A DNA stretch of 35,384 bases from the NCBI RefSeq assembly GCF_001186125.1, contig NW_014040557.1, forward strand, positions 72,533-107,916. The letters run 5' to 3'. The position numbers were made by a program, and so were the translations under genes. The DNA comes from Sphaeroforma arctica JP610. Lineage: Eukaryota. Shown here in pieces: positions 1-12,400 of the stretch (positions within the stretch are counted from its first letter, which is position 1; each line of letters starts with the position of its first letter). The notes beneath the pieces were generated by a model that had not been told where the DNA came from, did no database searches, and was given only the letters and a program-made list of their open reading frames with translations.

Positions 1-598
1 TATATATATACTTCTATTTATATGTATATGTATATATATATGTGTCTGTGTCTGTATATATATATATATATATTATAAGTATATCTAATATAAATGTATA
101 AATATATGTATTATATATATATATGCGTAAATATATATTTATACATATATATATATATACATATATATATATATCCAATATGATATATAGTATATAGCAT
201 ATAAATAGATATATATGTATATATATATATATAGATATATATAAATATGCTATATACACTAAACTATATATCATATTGGATATAGAATATATACATATAT
301 ATGTATATGTATATAGAAGTATGTATTTACGTATACGTATATATATATATATATCCTATATCTAGATATATATATATCTATATATACATGTAATTCATAT
401 ATATATACATATACATATACTGACATATATATATATATATATGTGTGTGTGTGCTTGTGTGTGTGTGCTTGTGCTTGTGTGTGTGTGTGTGTGTATTATA
501 TATATATATGTATATGTATATGTATATATATTTGTGTGTGTATGTATATTTATATATACATGTATATATATTTATATATATATATATATATATATATA
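1..598. repeat. Degenerate (TA)n/(TG)n microsatellite, low-complexity tract
   Basis: Almost pure TA dinucleotide runs with a (TG)n block at about 442-493. The ORFs here are Y/I/C/V artefacts. Confidence 0.95.
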
Positions 599-599
599 A

Positions 600-1010
600 C
601 TCGTACAGAAATTAGGTGTAAATCGTATATTTCATTCTCATTCAATAGATATTATACCATTCCTGTACATGGACTACCTTTTGGTTAATTTACGCTACTG
701 TAAGCTTCTGATTTAAACTAAGCACCTTGGTATATGATAATATCTCCTAAATACGCCCACTATGTCCCGACTTCTTGTCATAATCGTCTATTTACACTAC
801 CTCAAAACTGATGTAAATACCTAGCTTCAGTTGTATATCTATGACTCGTGAACCATTAACGCATGCTACATAGGTGGATTCAAGAACAGGAATTGTTGAC
901 GAATACTTGCTTTGATCCGTCCACAGCTTACTACACTGCTACAGTGATGAAATAAAGCGGTTTTACTTCAAACATATCGCATTTGGTTGGAATGGCCCAG
1001 GTATGCGATT
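600..1010 (+). pseudogene. Highly decayed reverse transcriptase fragments (LTR/DIRS-type)
   Basis: FSFNRYYTIPVHGLPFG (to 685) and KRFYFKHIAFGWNG (about 955-997) resemble the RT 'Y.F..LPFG' motif. There is no intact frame. Confidence 0.4.
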
Positions 1011-1089
1011 AGTTAGTTCGAAGAAGAAAAAAAGAGTGAAATTATGTTCAATTTAGAAGAAGGCTATGGAAATTTCATAATTGTTTGTA

Positions 1090-1909
1090 CAGTGCCTCTC
1101 ACTTCTCAGGCCGACTCCAGGCCTCAGGCCCAAGGCTGTCTTTTTTAGCGATTTTATCTATGTTCGGATTTATGTTCAAATTTTGGCTACACCAATGGGT
1201 AAAGGGTAATTTTAACATTTCAAGAAAAAGCAAAAACAAAAGCCAAAAAAAATCCGAACATAAATCCAAACGAGGGCAAACTTTCGAGGGCATCATCAAT
1301 TGCCCTCGTTGTGTGTGTTTAACTGTTTTTGAGTCATCAGGCTTGAAAATCACAAGATTGTACGTAAACGAATTTTGTCCATTTTATCGAATTAGTCGAA
1401 AATTCATCTTGGACAAGGTTTAGACGACAGGGTTCACCCGAAAAAATAAAATCCGAACATAAATCCGAACATAAATGTTCAGTATAAATATATGATTCAA
1501 ATTGGCATCTCAGGACGTCCATAATACCAGACCAATGAAGGGCTTGCTCAAAACCCATATTTTGACCCTGATTTTAATATCGATATACCCAAAAACAGGC
1601 CCAAAAAGTGTGTGTTTTAATGCCCCTCCTTTGCCTGTGATATACCGTCCAAAAGATACTAGATTCCAATTTGAACCATATATTTACCCTGAGCATTTTT
1701 AAACCCGCAATTTGATCCAGTTTTTTTTTAGTACATACAAAGCACATTTTCATAGCTTCCTCAATTTCCAATAGGCGTGGTAAACGAAATGTATTGGCAA
1801 TATCAAGCCGGACATTTTCTGATTTTCGTCATCATATTTTGTTGACCCCCCGCTCACTTATTTCAGACTTAACACGTTTTGACCACATTTTTAAGTGATC
1901 GAACTACTG
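1090..1909. mobile_element. Possible non-autonomous DNA transposon (MITE-like) with repeated AAATCCGAACAT motifs
   Basis: Ends read TA|CAGTG...CTACTG|TA with weak terminal similarity (cagt..tcactt). The motif atccgaacata recurs at about 1252, 1451 and 1463, and inverted at 1159-1178. Confidence 0.3.
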
Positions 1910-2212
1910 TATTTATTACATTACGTTCCTCACGGGTTAAGCTAACTAAAATTAATTAGTTATGTATTTTTTTGTTACACGATGAGTGAAGTTACTACGT
2001 GAACAAGAAAACCTGTGTTCGATTGTTGAAACGATTGCTTGGAATTCATCTGCAGTCGCCATTGCATACGGATGAGGTGGCGACATAATTATCCTCTGAT
2101 TTATTACCAGATGAAATACCAAAGCAGAGGTCTACACTACGCTAGGCCATTTATTATCTGAAACTCGACAATCGATTTCCGCGATTGGATAAGACCATTC
2201 AGCATATAAAAG

Positions 2213-2474
2213 TGTAATAGCCGGGCCTCCACATTAGACTCTATGTTATAATCGTACTCTTAAGCAGTACGTAAAATATAAACGTACTCTTAACAGTGCA
2301 AGGAACTTAAGTTTCCTAAATAGTTTTTAACGGTTTCATTAATTAATACCTTTTTCATTTTAGATATCAGATGTTTGAATGAAGGCCATTAAAAAGCCCG
2401 ATTAAAATGCCAAGGATAGGAATTGGAAATAGCTTTATTAATAGAACTATATTTTATTCCAAATCTATTTATAT
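2213..2474 (+). repeat. Truncated 5' LTR
   Basis: tgtaatagccgggcctccacattagactctatgttata... is near-identical to 4186 onward and to the reverse complement of 34456 downward. Similarity stops at about 2474. Confidence 0.9.
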
Positions 2475-2659
2475 ACATACAATGCGACTATTAAATATGT
2501 CGAGTGTAGCAAATGCGTATGACCGTACTAAAGATGCGCACGCAGTAGAGGGTCAGGAGTCTGAAAACACTACAGACTTAGAGCATACGCAAGTGGATTC
2601 TCAACACCCTACCTTTATTCTGGAAGAGCAGAATGAGAAAACATTCTCGCTTGGCTGAC

Positions 2660-3935
2660 GCAATATCATAAGCTGGAGCACCAGAACGTAGTAGAAGCAC
2701 TTAAAGATACCAAACGAAATGGGCTCGTGCACCCTAAGCTGGCAACTTTAGTGGATAAAGTATATCAGTTATGTACAGACTGTGATGTCAATCAGATCAA
2801 ACGCTATGGGTCTGCACCACTTAAGAGTGTGACCGAAGATGTTCCATGGCGCAGGGTCATTATTGATCTGGTTGACCTGCCCACGTCCGAGCACACAGGC
2901 GACCGTTACGTATGCCACTTCCTTGATGTGGCGTCACGGTTTAATTTGCTATATCCATTAAAGGATAAGAATACGCAGACCGTGGCAAAATTATGTTGCC
3001 AAGTCTTTGCTGACCACGGGTGGCCGGTTATTATGTGCACTGATAACAGTGGTGAGTTCTGCGATGACGTTATGGAATCGCTAGTACTCGTATCAGGCAT
3101 ATGCCATAAGAGAGGTGTGCCATATACGCCGCAAACGCAAGGCGCGAATGAAACGCGCCATAGTAGACTTAAGTTCTTCTTGCGTACTGCATTAACGGAT
3201 GATGCAGATGATTGGCCGTACCACCTTAAGTGGATACAAACACAGATGAACGAGTGTGCTGATCCGGTTACAGGAACTACACCCGCTCACTATTTTCGTG
3301 GCAGATAGAGTGAGTTACAAATCCCCTTTAACAAGGACGAACCTGATCACCATGAGTTACCATGGTTAGAGAAGGTCCAACGTATTTATAACGTTGTATA
3401 TCCTTGCTTGCGAGAAATACGCAATATAGCCTTATTAAAAAAGCAAAAGCGTTGGAACACTACCAAGAACATAGCAGAGTATCAGGTTGGTGACAGAGTT
3501 AACATCCGTCAACGTAATTCCGATACTACTGTAATAATATCTAAATGTATAGGTACATATATAATCTCTGTAGCAGACACTAAAAGTGGAACGTACGAGG
3601 GAAATAACCCCGATGGTTCTAGTGCGCTTAATATAGGCACAAGTCGTATTCCGACTACAAAGATTATACTCGCAAGAAGACATGAATCTAATGCCCTTCT
3701 TGATCGTTCTGAATTTAAAGACATTATATGGAGAACGGTTAAGGGAGGTTATACATACTATCGTACACGCTTTATAGACGGTACCATAGCTGAGTTGATT
3801 TCAGATGCTTTCGATAACCAAGACTATTTAAATACCTTTAATCGAAAATGGCGTAAACGCCTGCATAAGTCGCAAGCTGAGAAAAATAGCATGTTTCCAT
3901 CGTCTGAAGGAACGGAAGTTAAAATCGAGCCTTAA
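2660..3935 (+). pseudogene. Gypsy integrase (HHCC + rve DDE core + chromodomain-like C-terminus) with one premature stop
   Basis: YHKLEH...CTDC; PWRRVIIDLVDLP; FLDVASRF; WPVIMCTDNSGEF; PYTPQTQGANE. ORFs 2727-3308 and 3408-3935 share a frame, separated by TAG at 3306-3308 (TAT in the related copy at about 22487). The C-terminus FKDIIWRTVKGGYTYYRTRF...DAFDNQDYLNTF is chromodomain-like. Confidence 0.88.
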
Positions 3936-4173
3936 TGCTCATCCTTCATATGTGCTTAAGACACTGAAGCGTAAGGAACGTCCAGTCGACCACCACGGAC
4001 ATACTGGACCTAAGACCAAAACTCACAGGGTAACCGAGAACACTTAACTTCTCCGCCTGAGAAACATTAAATATATGTTATGATACTTAATGTTTCGACC
4101 AGTTTTTCCTTTCTCGCTTTTTGAACCATAATCAGCTTGAGTGAGCAGCTTGCTTCTCATGGGTTTCAAAGCT

Positions 4174-4182
4174 GATGGGGGG
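4174..4182 (+). other. Polypurine tract (plus-strand primer site)
   Basis: GATGGGGGG lies 3 nt upstream of the 3' LTR start. Confidence 0.7.
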
Positions 4183-4185
4183 CTA

Positions 4186-5062
4186 TATAATACGCCGGGC
4201 CTCCACATTAGACTATATGTTATAAACGTACTCTTAAGCAGTACGTAAATTATAAACGTACTCTTAATAGTACGAGGAACTTAAGTTTCCTAAATGTACT
4301 CTTAATAGTACGAAGAACCTAAGCTTCCTAAATGTACTCTTAATAGTACAAGGAACTTAAGTTTCCTAAATGTACTCTTAATAGCACGAGGAAATTAAGT
4401 TTCCTAAAATGGTTTTTAATGGTTTTATTAATTAATACCTTTTCCTTTTTTACATATCAGATATTAATAGAACTTAATTTACTTTCCAATTTTATTTATA
4501 TCTGAATACTTCGGTAGCGAGATGGCTCAACCGAATATAGGTTTCTAGGGACTATTAACGTTACCTAGTTAATCCTCCGATCAGCCAACCAGATGTGCCA
4601 GTCTGATGAAGGCTAAGTCGGTAATTCTTGATAGTGGCAAGTTATTGGTTGAGACAATAACTAAGGACATCAAGAGTACTTTTCTTTTTTTATTTCTTTT
4701 TTCTAAAGATAGGATTTTATGAGTCTCTCGGATTCGCCCCAACGAAACGTACCATAATTTCTAATAGAGCGACAACGAAACACTAAATAAAATCTCTTCG
4801 GCGTAAACAGTACTGAGAGGATTATATATAGGCAATGTCTCAGCCTCACAATCCCTCAGAATATCCTTTTTTCACGAGGCATACCTAACTTTACTAAACG
4901 TCTCATTTCGTTCATTTACCTTGATATTTACACGATACTTATAATTTGTCTACGCGTTTATTTATTCTAAGGCATTAGTATCGCCTTTATTAGACCGAAT
5001 TTTACACTAAGCGTTTAATTACTCTATGACGTTAATATCGCCTTGATAGACCGAATCTTACA
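4186..5062 (+). repeat. 3' LTR (about 877 bp)
   Basis: Colinear with the reverse complement of 33591-34456 and ends ...gaccgaatcTTACA. The start is mutated TG>TA. It contains a TATA-like TATATATA at about 4823. Confidence 0.92.
4258..4409 (+). repeat. 38-bp tandem repeat x4 inside the 3' LTR
   Basis: Unit gtactcttaatagtacgaggaacttaagtttcctaaat at 4258, 4296, 4334 and 4372. The other two LTR copies have a single unit. Confidence 0.93.
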
Positions 5063-5881
5063 AAAGGGGTTATCAAGCGGAGTGACACCTTAGGGCTATT
5101 GGTACACGTGCAAAATACTTAGGAGGTTATTTTGTTACTTCGGCTACTAAGTTTAAAAGTCCGGCAATATTTCGTATCAGAGTTGACTCGTCTTAGGGCA
5201 ATGATACAGTCTGAACGGATACGGACCATACGATTGAGAGGGACTCACGACAAATTATGTCAGGTGACGACCGGATTATACAAGTTCTGAACTTACCAGC
5301 TATACGCATGCGACAACTTCATACTTTTGTCCATCTAGGGCTGAGCCAGTCATTACTGTGCAGGAGCTCGTGGATATGATTAATTCAGTTAAAATGTATG
5401 CTGTTGGTATCGCTCTGTCGACTACTGCTTGTCGTATAGACCAAGATGTATGTCTTTTAATCAGCGCCGATGATGACGACGAAGACGTAGAAACTAACTG
5501 CCTAATGATATACAAGTCACGTCTGTGATGAGGCGTCGGCCGTAAAAAAAATATTGTTTGTGATAAGCGTGAATGAAGGCAACTCCCCAGCCTTATTTCC
5601 TGTTTGTCCATTTGTTGTTCTGTGTAACTGATCGTCACGATAGTGATGTATTGCTATTTTGCGCCTTCGTCCCTTTTGCAGCCCCAAACTCACGCTTTAT
5701 CTTAGCTGTCATATTAGTGTCCCTAACCAGGATACTCAGCTGCTGATCACGCACTTTCGGATTAACTGAGAGAACTAGACCTGTTTTTCTCAGATCTTCG
5801 CTGCAAACAATAACGTCTTTTGTGCAGATACACTGCATACGGGCTGGTAGATGATTATGAATATAATAAATTTGCGATAAA

Positions 5882-6235
5882 CTATTCCATTGTAGCTCTA
5901 CACATAGCATTGGCTCCAGGACATAGATGACCTCCTTTCCATATCAACTGAGTCATTAATAAATGTTTAGCTTTTATATGTAAATATTTAGTAATACATA
6001 TTATTTCTAGCCTCTCATAATGGCTATTTGAAGGTAGCAAAGCTTTGATCCACATCAGTCGTTTGACAGCGTATTTTGCTATCGGCAGTACAAATGAATA
6101 ATCATCTATTGATATACAACTATCAACACGCCTGCACATGCACACTGTCCGCACGGAAGAATCGCTTTTAGTGTTCTTTGACATATTTCGCCTTGACAAT
6201 CGCCGCTCACTCTGGCTAGACTCGCCGCTCATCAT
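5882..6235 (-). pseudogene. Possible THAP-like zinc-finger remnant of a DNA transposon
   Basis: VCMCRR...YSFVLP...KRLMWIKAL...LHIKAKHL loosely fits the THAP C..C...F.P...R..W...H pattern. The third Cys ligand is not clear. Confidence 0.3.
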
Positions 6236-6724
6236 AATCTTCGTTGCGTCGCACCTCAGCTTCTTTGACAGACCACGATGTAATTCTTTTGTCGACTAGT
6301 ACAAGAATATCTTTTGGATGTCGATTTTTTTGTCAATATCACAAGTACACCCTGCACACAATCTGTGTTTCATGCTGTGATTTTCTATACAGCATCCTAA
6401 ACGTACCTGTATATCCCAGTCGTTCCCAAAATAATAGTTCATAACACACTGAGACATGAACGGTGAAATAAAGACATATATACGTGTGTGTAAAAATTGT
6501 TATATATAACTATATTGACATGAAGCCCGTTAGATAATCACATTTACAATTTATAGTCACTTATCAGTATAATATATTTTGGCGGACTACCGCAATTTTA
6601 AAAAATAATTAAAACGGGACACGTACCTCAACTAACACAAAATAATATTCCAGCTTGATATTGCCAATATGTTTGGTTTTCGGCTCTTTAGGTCAGAAAG
6701 CGAATACGTGGCACACTCGATGGT

Positions 6725-6960
6725 GTCAGTTTTTTGTCAGCACCGGCCTGAATTGACCCAGCGCATATCCTCCATTGTCGACTCACTCGGTCCAAGCTTC
6801 AACAGGGAATTTACTGACCACTTCTTCTCATCGATCTTCCCCGAACCACTACAACGGCTATGAGAGCCAATACCATATGTACAAACATTGTAACTTAACT
6901 CCTTTAAAATAAATAATATATACATACTTGCCATTTTTGAAATAAATATTATTATCCCCT
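6725..6960 (+). mobile_element. Probable 5'-truncated LINE 3' end
   Basis: Ends an ORF (...SIFPEPLQRL*) and shares ctacaacggctatgagag (6849-6866 = 30352-30369), acattgtaac and tttttgaaataaat..attatccc with the tail of the LINE region at 30315-30410. Confidence 0.55.
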
Positions 6961-7949
6961 ATTAGCGAATCCCCCTAATTTCATTTTGTTTTTGGTTTTT
7001 GGTTAAAAAAATCAATGGTTTTTGTTCAGTTTATGTATATGACTTCAAAAGTGCACGAGCAAGAGTGGGGCGGGCCTCAAGGAGTCAAGGTTCAAGCGGC
7101 AAGCAACTGAAGCAAGCCTCAACTTTCCTGTTCACCATAAAAAAAATACCTTGCTCAATCAGTGACCAGTTTTCGTCACTTCGTCCTTGAGTTTTATGCA
7201 TGTGATAAACCAGGTTAGTGATTACAGTGTCCCTTGATATTTATGATATGTATTCTGTAGTCGTAGACTGCACATTTTTACTCTAATAGTATAAAAATAA
7301 AAATAAAACATCGGTTTTTGTTCCAAATTGCAATGTTTGGCAAACTATTTTTTTTAAATGAGTCATACCAGATAGAAATGAAGACAAATAACAAATATTC
7401 CTATGACGTAAACAGAGAGAGGAAAAGCTGTAAATACGTTTACTGGCACAGCCCCACAGTCCCACACAGGTAGAGTCTTCAGATTGTAGGTACATAAATT
7501 CCCGTATCCAAGAAAAATATTTTTGCCAAGGGCAGCAGTTGCGCTCAACCGGATCCCGAAGATCGAAGAATCGGGTTGGTGAATTATACTAAAAACTACA
7601 GGCAACTTGAGAAAGGCCACCAACCAAAATAAAATCGGGGACAAAATTGGCCCCAAAGCAAGGCCCATGCAAACATGAGGACTCAGGGGACCACTGGAAG
7701 AACGGGGAGTGGCTGTAATATTTTAGTTTCATGATGTTTTTATGCTGTGAATTGAGCGGTTTAGACTTTTTAGCGAGGTTGAGGACAGGACTAGTGTGGA
7801 CCTGACTGACTGACTCGGAGAGGGTTGGGAATTGGTGACCCATGGGCCACGGGGTATTACGGTATCGTTTACAATCATTCACAGATACCAAACGTGAGAG
7901 CCACATTTCGGATTCGAAGCTTTTATATACATAGCTGCCGGCTTAGGGT

Positions 7950-8330
7950 TGTCGAATCGGAGATATAGGTCACTGCACAGGCTAACGTTTACAGCCAGAT
8001 TCACATTTACTTATTATAGGAAACCTCAGTTGAGAACTACTTATTCCGATTTGCCAGACAAGCGTGGGGCTTTTTTGACTTTTCTCAATAAGGTATGCGG
8101 TCGCTGTCGTCGAATTGAAGTTTCCGGTTTCAAGGATTTGAATAATCCAGACGGTACAACAACTCTTTGTCTAGTGGTCGTTTGAAATCGTTTTTTATCA
8201 GTATGTATGATATATCTGTGCATGCACGTCGAGGATCGTATGCAATATCACTTTCACAAAGTATTCCGTACACCTTTCTGGCACCAGCACTTGCTTCTAA
8301 ATCAGTCGCGTAGTAGTCCACTTGTAATGA
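7950..8330 (-). pseudogene. Decayed Gypsy RNase H fragment
   Basis: DYYATDLEASA (Y..tE.E.LA-like) and YIIHTDKK (i.TDH-like) occur in different frames. Confidence 0.35.
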
Positions 8331-9437
8331 TTTTGTGTTTCTTCAAGGTTGCAGTTCACTCAGCGCTATCTTCGTTTATATGTATTTTATATTCTTATCT
8401 AGTGTATTGGACCATACTTGTATAATGATGATTGTTGCGGTTGGTCTATGATCTGAGTGCTCGGCACATGTGACTCCACAATACCTTTCCGCTCCACTTG
8501 GAATTGTGTGAACTTATACCTCAATTATATTAATGTCTTGAACGCTGATCATCTGCTCTACGTTTATCTGTGATTGTGTGTACAAACGTACCCTTGCGAT
8601 TTTACAAATTATACAAACTTTTATATTTTTGCATATTGATGTCTTTCTATCTAAAGGTACCCGAGTATGCGTAAGTTATCTGTACTTATCGATCAAGTGT
8701 CTGTTTGTATTGATCTGTGTTTCTGAAACACCCTTGCTTCATTATTATGGTTTTTTCATAGACTACTTGAAATGTTCTCATCTATATTCATAAGCACTAA
8801 TGCCCCGTGCCAAAGCGCATGTTTGATATTATGAATATACCACGCCTTTCAAATGTAGAGCATGGGGCCAGTAGGATGTCGCTGGTATCAAGTATCATTC
8901 TTTAACGTGTACTGCGTTGTTTATTGTCCATGATTGTTCGCTGCATCGTGACTTAAGATATTTTTATTTATGGTGTTTGATATGTATTTCATTGCTAATT
9001 GATTTTTGGTAGTAAGGCATTGGTAACACGGCAGATGTAGCACAGTTAATTAGACGGGAAAGCCTCAAACACCTTTGCTGCCATATACCGTTGTCTTTTC
9101 TTGAGCGATTCTATGGTTGACAAGTTCTGCACACACGTTAGGATTCATTTGGATTCTGTTCTCACACATACTCATCCAACGGAGCTTGTTTTTCACAACG
9201 TCGTCGTCCATGTGCACCAACTTCTACACTGCCTCCTATGGCATATCTTTTATGTGACGACCTAGTAGTCGCTAGACTGGCGTTATGATAAGAAAATGTA
9301 TGTGCACAAAAAATGTAATCAGTACTGTGCTGCCCTTCCATGGTTTGTGGAATTGTACGAACCAAGCACTATGATAGCTTGTCTCCCCGTACTTAAGCAT
9401 AGTCTGCGATTCTTTACTTACAGATATATACTCCATC

Positions 9438-12400
9438 ATGAGCATAGTTACGTTCTTGGAGCACACGCTCTCCGCGAACGACAATGACCGTATCCAGGCC
9501 ACACAGTACCTCGAGCAAGCAGCTGAGGCCAACTTGGCTGAGTTATTAAAGGCTCTGGCCGAGGTGATACAGAGTGACAATGTGCCGGAAGGGCCCAGAC
9601 AAGCCGCATGTATTAGTTTTAAAAATCACCTCACAAGCAAGAACGAGACCAAGAAGCATTTTAATCAACAGCGATGGTTACACCTTGAGGCTCCGGTGCG
9701 AGCACATATTAAGAACATAATCCTGCTATCACTCAAGACACCCAACACCCGAGTGGGTGCCCAAGCCGCTCAGGCGGTGAGTGCTATCGCACAGGCGGAG
9801 TTGCCCCAGTCGCAATGGCCTGAGCTGATTCCCAGTTTGCTGCAGAACTGCACCGACCCACAGTCCCCCACACCCACAAAGCAGAACACGCTAGAGACGG
9901 TAGGGTTTATCTGTGAGGAGATCGACCCTATGGTGCTTAAGCAGTACTCTAACGATATACTCACGGCGATTGTGAACGGTATGCGCAAGGACGAGCCAAG
10001 TATGGATGTGCGCTTGGCCGCGACCCGAGCGATGTTGAACTCGGTGGACTTTGTGAAGACAAACATGTCCAATGAAGCAGAGAGGAATTACATCATGCAG
10101 GTCGTATGCGAGACCACACAGACACCTGGCAACGTACAGCTGCGTGTGCGTGCGATGGAGTGTCTCAACCGTATCGTACAGCTATACTACGAATTTATGA
10201 AGGTGTACATGCAGGAGGCTCTGTTCCAACTGACACTGCAAGCCATGAGGGAGGACGAAGACGAGGTGTGTCTGCAGGCCATTGAGTTCTGGTCCACGGT
10301 GTGCGACGAGGAGATGGAGATTGAGATGGGCATGTTGGATGCCCAAGAACGTAGTTACGAGCCAGAGAGGGTCAGCCAATACTATGCGCGAGGTGCACTC
10401 CCCCACCTGGTAGCTATTCTGACCGAGTTGCTGTGCAAACAGGATGAGAGCGATGACGATGCCGATGCATGGAACGTGGCGACGGCGTCAGGAGTGTGTC
10501 TGTCTCTGCTGTCTAACTGCTGTCGCTCAGATATTGTAGCGCCCATGCGTCCCTTTATTCTGGGTAACATCACAAACGCCTCGTGGCACCAGCGTGAGGC
10601 TGCTGTGCTGGCGCTGGGATGTATCCTAGAGGGTCCCGATGAGTCGCATCTGGAGGACATAGTGAGCTCATGCATGTCTGTGCTTACACAGCTGATGGCA
10701 GACCCGAAGGTACAGGTCAGAGACACTTGTGGGTGGACTATCGGACGCGTGTTCGAGTACCTGCCGCACGTTGTGCTCTCCGAGAATACGAATATGAATC
10801 CCCTTATTCAGGCACTTGGAAGTGGTATGTCGCTATGTTCGTGTTTGTTAATCGTTCGTTCTCGCGGTCAGTATTAGTGCCTTTAGTATAAGTTCCGACT
10901 TTTTTCACATGAAATAGCTGCGGTTAGGCGCTGTCCTTTTATAGATGTGTTTCATCGCGTGTCAATTTTATTCTGGTTTAGCTATATCCATATTGGGCGC
11001 AAACATCCAACTCATCCCAATATATATATATATATTACTACAGCACTGCAAGATGTCCCGCGTGTGGCCAACAATGTGTGCTGGACGATCAAGGCCTTAG
11101 CCGATGCCGCGTATGACACAGCTTCTGCACACTCCGATTCCGATGACGTCGAGACGTACACACTATCCCCATGCTTCGAGGTATGCACTATACTTTGATT
11201 GTTCTGCTTACATTGATATCTGCGGGATCAGAACACTGTAATGGGTTTCAATTCAAACTTGTGAATACGATTTATATTTGACGTGCGTTAACAACACGCT
11301 GTAACCTTGCCTGCAGTCAATATGAGTGCAAGCGTCAGGTTGAGAGTAAGCGCCTGAATTCTGTCGATGTGTCGCAATATTTTGTGACCGCGTTGTATTT
11401 GTCTCCATCATGCGGGCTCTGGTACTCTAGATGGAAAAAATAGTTGCTTGCTATATTTATATGCACACTCATCGCGACGAATGAATATGGTTAGATTCGA
11501 TTAACTTATAGGGAGAAAACTTAGATCCGCGAATAGTGAAGAAACCCAAACAGAGTAAACTATACTGTACCGGAATAGCGCTGTATGGCTTGGTGCTGAT
11601 CACACAGTATCAGACTTTTAAAGCGTTTCGAGTAGAACTTTATCGGTTGCTAGTATATCAAAAAGGTTACCTTCATGCATTGCGCGATGAGATGAGGGGC
11701 CGATTTCGAGTACTGCTAATTCTTGGGCGTTTAAATGAAGATTTTTAAGTCGTGGGTCCGCTTTTTACTCATCATCGCGTTGTATCAACCCCAAATCTTT
11801 ACAGAGCTTGGTGCAGGAGCTGTTGAAGACCACAGAACGTCCCGACGCCAACAACCAACTTCGTGTAGCCGCGTACGAGTGTCTCAACACTGTAATTCAG
11901 ACGGCACCAAATGACTGTTATGCTTATATCATTCAAACCACTGTCAGCATCATGGGACGATTGGAGAAGGCTTTGTTACCACATGACCAGGTACGTATCT
12001 TACGAGTGTCTCGGCTTGACACGTTCAGTATAGAGTAGTGTTGGTTGATATTCTGGTTTTCACGGCGCGCGACGTAACAACAACATGTGTGTAATGTCTC
12101 GTATATGTGTAATGTCTCGTCGCGCTTGAATGTATAAGAATGCATTATTTTTGTGAATGCAAGTCGGTATCTGCGTATCGATGGAGGCTGACATGAGTAT
12201 CTCTTGGAATACAAAAATGACCCAGTATGCGCAAAGGGACTGACAGTGACTCGAACCACACTGTTTATGCATTCAAGTTCAATCCGAAGTTTTTGTCTGC
12301 GAATGCAACAACTCATGTAGTAATCATGTGTCGTCGTGTGGGTGGGTGTATACATTATATATTCAGCTGTAGTCTCAAATTGTTTCATCTGCAGCATGTG

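Larger units (their letters stand above)
2213..5062 (+). mobile_element. Internally deleted Ty3/Gypsy LTR retrotransposon (partial 5' LTR, integrase/chromodomain, PPT, 3' LTR)
   Basis: Begins TGTAA (2213) and ends TTACA (5062), flanked by a perfect 4-bp TSD AAAG (2209-2212 and 5063-5066). 2213-2474 matches the start of the 3' LTR. An rve integrase lies inside. Confidence 0.92.

Noticed and set aside
14..598. ORFs 14-274 and the N-terminal part of 443-688
   Set aside because: They are translations of TA/TG microsatellite.
4258..4409. Palindromic 38-bp repeats resembling a CRISPR array
   Set aside because: The units are head-to-tail with no spacers, lie inside a eukaryotic LTR, and there are no cas genes.
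4600..4630. CTGATGA in the LTR suggesting a hammerhead ribozyme (retrozyme-like)
   Set aside because: It is followed by aggctaagtcggtaa in both LTR copies, lacking the required GAAA after stem II. I could not build stems I and III.
12085..12120. 18-bp tandem duplication in importin intron 3
   Set aside because: It is an ordinary slippage duplication with no evidence of function.
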